Assembly: GCA_964016885.1 (NCBI GenBank)
Contig: CAXHJY010000069.1
Span: 1 to 50,022 of the forward strand
DNA length: 50,022 nt
Direction: 5' to 3'
Origin: Eledone cirrhosa
Lineage: Eukaryota
Shown in pieces: positions 40,574 through 50,022 of this stretch. Below the pieces are notes generated by a model. It had not been told where the DNA came from, ran no database searches, and worked only from the letters and a program-made list of their open reading frames with translations. Position 1 is the stretch's first letter. Each line of letters opens with the position of its first letter. A program made the translations under genes and the position numbers.

Positions 40574-41038
40574 TATGCATGCTACTGTACGTCTGTATAC
40601 ATATATGTATGTACGTATACATACATACTTACATTTAAGTAAGTGCCATACTAAGAGTGAGAAATGAAATTTCGTTTTCATTTTTTTCAACTTATCGTTC
40701 TCGGTATGCCTGACCGATTTAACTCACTCAATATGCAAATTAGGCTGCTCAGCCGTTAATTTTCATAAGGAAAGTATATACTTTCGAACGTTCAACTATC
40801 TGGCAGATGGGTAAACGGTGCTGATGATAGCTAACAAGCTTGAAACTAGTACATCCTTCTTGTGTCAGTTTTGAACAAAAAGGTGACGTGGTTGCCTTAA
40901 CACTGTATGGCATAAATTCAGGCTGTTCGATTTGTTGACAAACAAACGAACCAAGCACGCGTTATAATAAACGTCGGCTAAACTGATGCGTGCATATATG
41001 TATGTGTACCTGTATGCATATGTGTATGTGTATGTATA

Positions 41039-41094
<56 letters not shown>

Positions 41095-41553
41095 TGCTAC
41101 TGTACGTCTGTATACATATATGTATGTACGTATACATACATACTTACATTTAAGTAAGTGCCATACTAAGAGTGAGAAATGAAATTTCGTTTTCATTTTT
41201 TTCAACTTATCGTTCTCGGTATGCCTGACCGATTTAACTCACTCAATATGCAAATTAGGCTGCTCAGCCGTTAATTTTCATAAGGAAAGTATATACTTTC
41301 GAACGTTCAACTATCTGGCAGATGGGTAAACGGTGCTGATGATAGCTAACAAGCTTGAAACTAGTACATCGTTCCTGTGTCAGTGTTGAACAAAAAGGTG
41401 ACGTGGTTGCCTTAACACTGTATGGCATAAATTCAGGCTGTTCGATTTGTTGACAAACAAACGAACAAAGCACGCGTTATAATAAACGTCGGCTAAACTG
41501 ATGCGTGCATATATGTATGTGTACCTGTATGCATATGTGTATGTGTATGTATA

Positions 41554-41636
<83 letters not shown>

Positions 41637-42098
41637 GCATGCTACTGTACGTCTGTATACATATATGCATGTACGTATACATACATACTTACATTTAAGT
41701 AAGTGCCATACTAAGAGTGAGAAATGAAATTTCGTTTTCATTTTTTTCAACTTATCGTTCTCGGTATGCCTGACCGATTTAACTCACTCAATATGCAAAT
41801 TAGGCTGCTCAGCCGTTAATTTTCATAAGGAAAGTATATACTTTCGAACGTTCAACTATCTGGCAGATGGGTAAACGGTGCTGATGATAGCTAACAAGCT
41901 TGAAACTAGTACATCGTTCCTGTGTCAGTGTTGAACAAAAAGATGACGTGGTTGCCTTAACACTGTATGGCATAAATTCAGGCTGTTCGATTTGTTGACA
42001 AACAAACGAACAAAGCACGCGTTATAATAAACGTCGGCTAAACTGATGCGTGCATATATGTATGTGTACCTGTATGCATATGTGTATATGTATGTATA

Positions 42099-42178
<80 letters not shown>

Positions 42179-42645
42179 TATATGCATGCTACTGTACGTT
42201 TGTATACATATATGTATGTACGTATACATACATACTTACATTTAAGTAAGTGCCATACTAAGAGTGAGAAATTAAATTTCGTTTTCATTTTATTCAACTT
42301 ATCGTTCTCGGTATGCCTGACCGATTTAACTCACTCAATATGCAAATTAGGCTGCTCAGCCGTTAATTTTCACAAGGAAAGTATATACTTTCGAACGTTC
42401 AACTATCTGGCAGATGGGTAAACGGTGCTGATGATAGCTAACAAGCTTGAAACTAGTACATCGTTCCTGTGTCAGTGTTGAACAAAAAGGTGACGTGGTT
42501 GCCTTAACACTGTATGGCATAAATTCAGGCTGTTCGATTTGTTGACAAACAAACGAACAAAGCACGCGTTATAATAAACGTCGGCTAAACTGATGCGTGC
42601 ATATATGTATGTGTACCTGTATGCATATGTGTATGTGTATGTATA

Positions 42646-42722
<77 letters not shown>

Positions 42723-43176
42723 GCATGCTACTGTACGTCTGTATACATATATGTATGTACGTATACATACATACTTACATTTAAGTAAGTGCCATACTAA
42801 GAGTGAGAAATGAAATTTCGTTTTCATTTTTTTCAACTTATCGTTCTCGGTATGCCTGACCGATTTAACTCACTCAATATGCAAATTAGGCTGCTCAGCC
42901 GTTAATTTTCATAAGGAAAGTATATACTTTCGAACGTTCAACTATCTGGCAGATGGGTAAACGGTGCTGATGATAGCTAACAAGCTTGAAACTAGTACAT
43001 CGTTCCTGTGTCAGTGTTGAACAAAAAGGTGACGTGGCTGCCTTAACACTGTATGGCATAAGTTCAGGCTGTTCGATTTGTTGACAAACAAACGAACAAA
43101 GCACGCGTTATAATAAACGTCGGCTAAACTGATGCGTGCATATATGTATGTGTACCTGTATGCATATGTGTATGTG

Positions 43177-43247
<71 letters not shown>

Positions 43248-43715
43248 GCATGCTACTGTACGTCTGTATACATATATGTATGTACGTATACATACATACT
43301 TACATTTAAGTAAGTGCCATACTAAGAGTGAGAAATGAAATTTCGTTTTCATTTTTTTCAACTTATCGTTCTCGGTATGCCTGACCGATTTAACTCACTC
43401 AATATGCAAATTAGGCTGCTCGGCCGTTAATTTTCATAAGGAAAGTATATACTTTCGAACGTTCAACTATCTGGCAGATGGGTAAACGGTGCTGATGATA
43501 GCTAACAAGCTTGAAACTAGTACATCGTTCCTGTGTCAGTGTTGAACAAAAAGGTGACGTGGTTGCCTTAACACTGTATGGCATAAATTCAGGCTGTTCG
43601 ATTTGTTGACAAACAAACGAACAAAGCACGCGTTATAATAAACGTCGGCTAAACTGATGCGTGCATATATGTATGTGTACCTGTATGCATATGTGTATGT
43701 GTATGTATATATATG

Positions 43716-43785
<70 letters not shown>

Positions 43786-43898
43786 TGCTACTGTACGTCT
43801 GTATACATATATGTATGTACGTATACATACATACTTACATTTAAGTAAGTGCCATACTAAGAGTGAGAAATGAAATTTCGTTTTCATTTTTTTCAACT

Positions 43899-43901
<3 letters not shown>
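30719..43901 (+). mobile_element. Retrozyme-like tandem array: ~24.7 x ~530-bp non-coding units, one hammerhead each
   Basis: HHR cores at 31219, 31761, 32325, 32843, 33368, 33897, 34436, 34973, 35490, 36024, 36563, 37108, 37635, 38176, 38701, 39228, 39755, 40276, 40821, 41336, 41881, 42428, 42967 and 43492. Unit length varies mainly by its internal (TA)n. Confidence 0.88.
32836..32880 (+). ncRNA. Minimal type I hammerhead of the array (representative of 24 copies)
   Basis: AACGGTG-CTGATGA-T-AGCT(AACA)AGCT-T-GAA-ACTAGT-A-CATCGTT: 7-bp stem I, canonical core, palindromic stem III, GUA triplet. Confidence 0.9.
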
Positions 43902-45589
<1,688 letters not shown>

Positions 45590-45600
<11 letters not shown>

Positions 45601-45797
45601 TGTGTGTTTTAATTTTCCTTTCCTTCTTCCTTTTCCAGCCTCACTTTCATATAGATTATATTTTTGCTTTTAAAATCCAACGCCAATAAATACACCAGGA
45701 TTTTTTTCATTCTGATGATTGAAAGCAATATTTTTTTGCTTTTAAGAAACCACTGGTAAATGAAATAATTGCCTCATGTTGTTTATTACATAACTAT
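45590..45797 (+). mobile_element. PLE-type 3' terminus, family F
   Basis: Homologous to 23738-23950 (inverted). Contains a canonical HHR and ends in (TA)n. Confidence 0.7.
45705..45765 (+). ncRNA. Type I hammerhead, family F (canonical core)
   Basis: TTTCATT-CTGATGA-TTGAAAGCAA(loop)TTGCTTTTAA-GAA-ACCACTGGT-A-AATGAAA. Confidence 0.9.
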
Positions 45798-45799
45798 AT

Positions 45800-45860
<61 letters not shown>

Positions 45861-45984
45861 TATATATATAATATATATATAAATATATATATATATAAAT
45901 ATATATATATAAATATATATTTATATAAATAGAAATATATATATATATAAATATATATATATAAATGTATATTTATATAAATAG

Positions 45985-46053
<69 letters not shown>

Positions 46054-46084
46054 TATATATATATAAATATATATATATATAAAT

Positions 46085-46259
<175 letters not shown>

Positions 46260-46260
46260 A

Positions 46261-46291
<31 letters not shown>

Positions 46292-46292
46292 A

Positions 46293-46370
<78 letters not shown>

Positions 46371-46502
46371 GTGAGGTTTTTTTTTACAAAATGAAAAATA
46401 ACCGAGGTGTCCTACACGAGTGGAAGTATAAAGAAAAAGGGATGAAATCGAAAATGCAACTGAAGTCTTATTTTTTTTAAAAATATATATATTTATTTGG
46501 TT

Positions 46503-46540
46503 CCTTTACCGGTTTCGCAGTTCTTCTGCTTTTCAAAAGG
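46503..46540 (-). ncRNA. Minimal hammerhead, family E
   Basis: Same motif as 21994-22031, on the minus strand. Confidence 0.82.
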
Positions 46541-46992
46541 TCAGTTGAGATGGAGGGTCTGTGGTTTTTCTCACATCTGGTTGGTCTCTAAATGTTACTT
46601 GTTTTATATGGAAAAACTGGCTCGAAAACCAGGTTTTTCGAGAAGTAATTTGATTGGTTTGTCAATAATTGTAATAAATTTCGCGCCAGTTCGCGTTACA
46701 ATAGTTCTTCAAATAAGAGAGGGGGGGGGGGGTTGTCACAGGTTATTTTTTCATATATGAGTGTTTGAATTTCTTTTTACTTGAAAAAATGAGGCTCACG
46801 AAGGCTTTTTTTTTGGTTGGTTATAAATGAAATTTGGCTGTCACGTGAACAAGTTTTCATTACATTTTTGCGGAAAGGAAAGGAAAGGAAAAATAAAAAC
46901 ACACATGCAAAAACACACACACACCCATAGATATATACATACACATATATATATATATACATACACACATACATACACACACACAAAAAGCA

Positions 46993-47394
46993 AAAAAATG
47001 TGGTCGCTCTAATTGTGGAACCTGCACTCACCTCATTGAAGGCAACACGTATACATTTAAATCAGGACAAAATTTTACTGTAAAAAATCACTTCACTTGC
47101 TCATCAAAAAATCTAATTTATGCCATTAAATGTAAAGGATGCAATGAAGATTATATAGGACAAACTAAACTCACACTCAGAAACAGAATGACAGTTCATC
47201 GCCAACAATTACGAGATCCAACCACGAGACAAATACCACTAAGTGCACATCTAGACATTTGCGCAAGTAATAAGACACCCAAATTCCAAGTCTTCCCATT
47301 TTACCTTTGCGCTAACAATACAACAGAACAAATGCGAATAAATAAGGAAAATATGTTTATTCAAAAATATAGACCAACATTAAATAAGGTTTAA
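46993..47394 (+). pseudogene. Uninterrupted but 5'-truncated Neptune-type Cys linker + GIY-YIG endonuclease
   Basis: KKCGRSNCGTC...FTCSSKNLIYAIKCKGCNEDYIGQT...RMTVHRQQ...KENMFIQKYRPTLNKV*, in frame with ORF 47188-47394. Confidence 0.92.
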
Positions 47395-47599
47395 TATACA
47401 TTATGTCAACACCACAATATGACATACACACACACACATAACACCTACTTTAGAAAATAAAAACCCGAACTAAATAAACCTTAAACATACGTTTGCACTG
47501 GCAATACAACAGCAAACACGAAAAAGTCAGGAAAATATGTTCATTCAAAAATATTCCTACTAAAGGAATCATTTTCCTACACACACACATACACACACA

Positions 47600-47631
<32 letters not shown>

Positions 47632-48440
47632 TCTCTTCATCTTAACATGCTAACCATACTCCCACACACATAACACCCATACACACACATAAAAAACCCC
47701 ACACCTACAACACCCTCCCCATTTCTACTAATAGAACCACTTTCCTACACACATATATATATACACACACACAAAAAATATATATTCTCTCTATCTAACA
47801 TACTCGCACACACACACATAACACCCATATACACACACACACAACTCCCTCCCCCATCTCTACTAATAGAATCATCTTCCAATACACACATACACACACA
47901 TACACACACATATACACACACACAAGCACACAAATAAACACATATCTTCAGTCTCAATAGAAAATCTGAACTCTGACACCTGAACTCTGACAGCTGGCCA
48001 TATTCACTGAACCAGAACATTTCTCCCAATCCCTTTTCCCTTGACCACTATCTCTCCATTGTCATAACATTCACTATAAAGACTACAGAATAGTTTTCCA
48101 AATAAGGGCGCAAAAATGTAATGAAAACTTGTTCACGTGACAGCCAAATTTCATTTATAACCAATCCCAAAAAAGCCTTCGCCAGCCTCATTTTTTCAAG
48201 TAAAAAGAAATTCAAACACTCATATATGAAAAAACAACCTGTGACAACATCCCCCCCCCCTCTCTTATTTGAAGAACTATTGTAACGCGAACTGGCGCGA
48301 AATTTATTATAATTATTGACAAACCAATCAAATTACTTCTCGAAAAACCTGGTTTTCGAGCCAGTTTTTCCATATAAAACAAGTAACATTTAGAGACCAA
48401 CCAGATGTGGGAAAAACCACAGACCCTCCATCTCAACTCA

Positions 48441-48478
48441 CCTTTTGAAAAGCAGAAGAACTGCGAAACCGGTAAAGG
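48441..48478 (+). ncRNA. Minimal hammerhead, family E
   Basis: CCTT-TTGAAAA-GCAGAAGAACTGC-GAA-ACCGGT-A-AAGG, sense to and downstream of the GIY-YIG ORF. Confidence 0.84.
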
Positions 48479-48546
48479 AACCAAATAAATATATATATTT
48501 AAAAAAAAAATAAGACTTCAGTTGCATTTTCGATTTCATCCCTTTT

Positions 48547-48605
<59 letters not shown>

Positions 48606-48621
48606 AATATATATATATATA

Positions 48622-48655
<34 letters not shown>

Positions 48656-48686
48656 AATATATATATATAAATATATATATATATAA

Positions 48687-48717
<31 letters not shown>

Positions 48718-48743
48718 AATATATATATATAAATATATATAAG

Positions 48744-48987
<244 letters not shown>

Positions 48988-49009
48988 TATATATATAAAT
49001 ATATATATA

Positions 49010-49219
<210 letters not shown>

Positions 49220-49223
49220 TATA

Positions 49224-49265
<42 letters not shown>

Positions 49266-49268
49266 TAT

Positions 49269-49299
<31 letters not shown>

Positions 49300-49320
49300 A
49301 ATATATATCTATATATATAA

Positions 49321-49358
<38 letters not shown>

Positions 49359-49359
<1 letters not shown>

Positions 49360-50022
49360 CTCTTTTACTCTTTTACCTGTTTCAGCCATCCGGCTGAGGC
49401 CATGCTGGGGCACCGCCCTTGTTGCTACACATTTTATCTCCAGCCTGTATAGGTTGGCCACTGGTGTAGGAGGGAGTTTGTTGCTGCTGCCCTTAGGTTT
49501 CCCTCGTGTCTTGCTGTGGGCTCATCCGGGATCCTGGATAACAAGGTGTCGAGATGTTTCTTAAAGACATCCACCTCCACGTCATGCAAGTCTCGCAGAT
49601 GCCTCGACAGCCTGTTGAAGAGTTGAGGGCCCTTGAATCCCAGGCTATTGCAATACCTGCTCCTTATTCTAGATGTGGAAGACGGGACCTTTGGCACCAC
49701 ACAGTGACGTCCTGTTCGACGGTTGGTCCAGCTCCCAATGCCAAAGTTTGGTGCTAGTCCCTCCAGGATTTTCCACATGTAGATCACTGCGTATCTCTCC
49801 CGTCTTCGCTCCAAGGAGTAGAGGTTCAGTTCCTTCAGCCTCTCCCAGTAGCTTGTCTCCCTCATCTTGGCAATCCTCTTGGTGTAGCTTCGCTGGATTG
49901 CCTCAAGCTCTGTGGTTAGTTTGACACTATGGGGTGACCACAGCTGGGAGCAGTAGTCCAGGCGGCTTAGGACAAAAGTCCTCCACAGTGTCAACATGGT
50001 GTCTCGATCTCTTGTAAGGAAA
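49359..50022 (-). mobile_element. CR1-group LINE 3' end, family L-a, copy 2 (runs off the window)
   Basis: Near-identical to 1539-2210. ORF 49434-49997 is open to its natural stop. Confidence 0.93.

Larger units (their letters stand above)
46364..48551 (+). mobile_element. 5'-truncated Neptune-type PLE (family E) with an inverted terminal repeat
   Basis: Inverted arms 46428-46872 / 48109-48551 enclose GIY-YIG + 3' UTR. Both ends lie in (TA)n. Confidence 0.92.

Noticed and set aside
30719-43901. CRISPR array or rDNA/snRNA tandem cluster
   Set aside because: No unique spacers, eukaryotic context, and no 5S/tRNA/snRNA sequence recognised.

Overview
Gene-free, extremely (TA)n-rich eukaryotic repeat landscape. 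The SINE fragments and LINE tails look cephalopod/octopus-like, which is an inference from recalled repeat sequences. Almost all ORF-track entries are YI/IY microsatellite artefacts. The non-microsatellite islands are mostly 3' ends of retroelements that abut (TA)n arrays: three CR1-group LINE RT fragments (two families), three Penelope-like element (PLE) GIY-YIG/RT fragments (two Neptune-type), one decayed PLE RT, a possible RTE tail and two SINE remnants. Reading by eye reveals about 40 type I hammerhead ribozyme (HHR) motifs from about 9 unrelated families, mostly 'minimal' ones with a palindromic stem III, several with non-canonical cores (U3-A8, C4, U10.1/U11.1). The main find is a 13.2-kb tandem array (30719-43901) of ~24.7 non-coding ~530-bp units. 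Each unit carries one HHR, is richly self-complementary and contains its own (TA)n. The array has a PLE-style inverted 5' arm and ends in (TA)n, i.e. a retrozyme-like, putative circular-RNA replicon likely mobilised by PLEs. About ten insertions share a head-to-head fold-back architecture with tails pointing outward, nearly always into (TA)n, suggesting twin priming at TA arrays.
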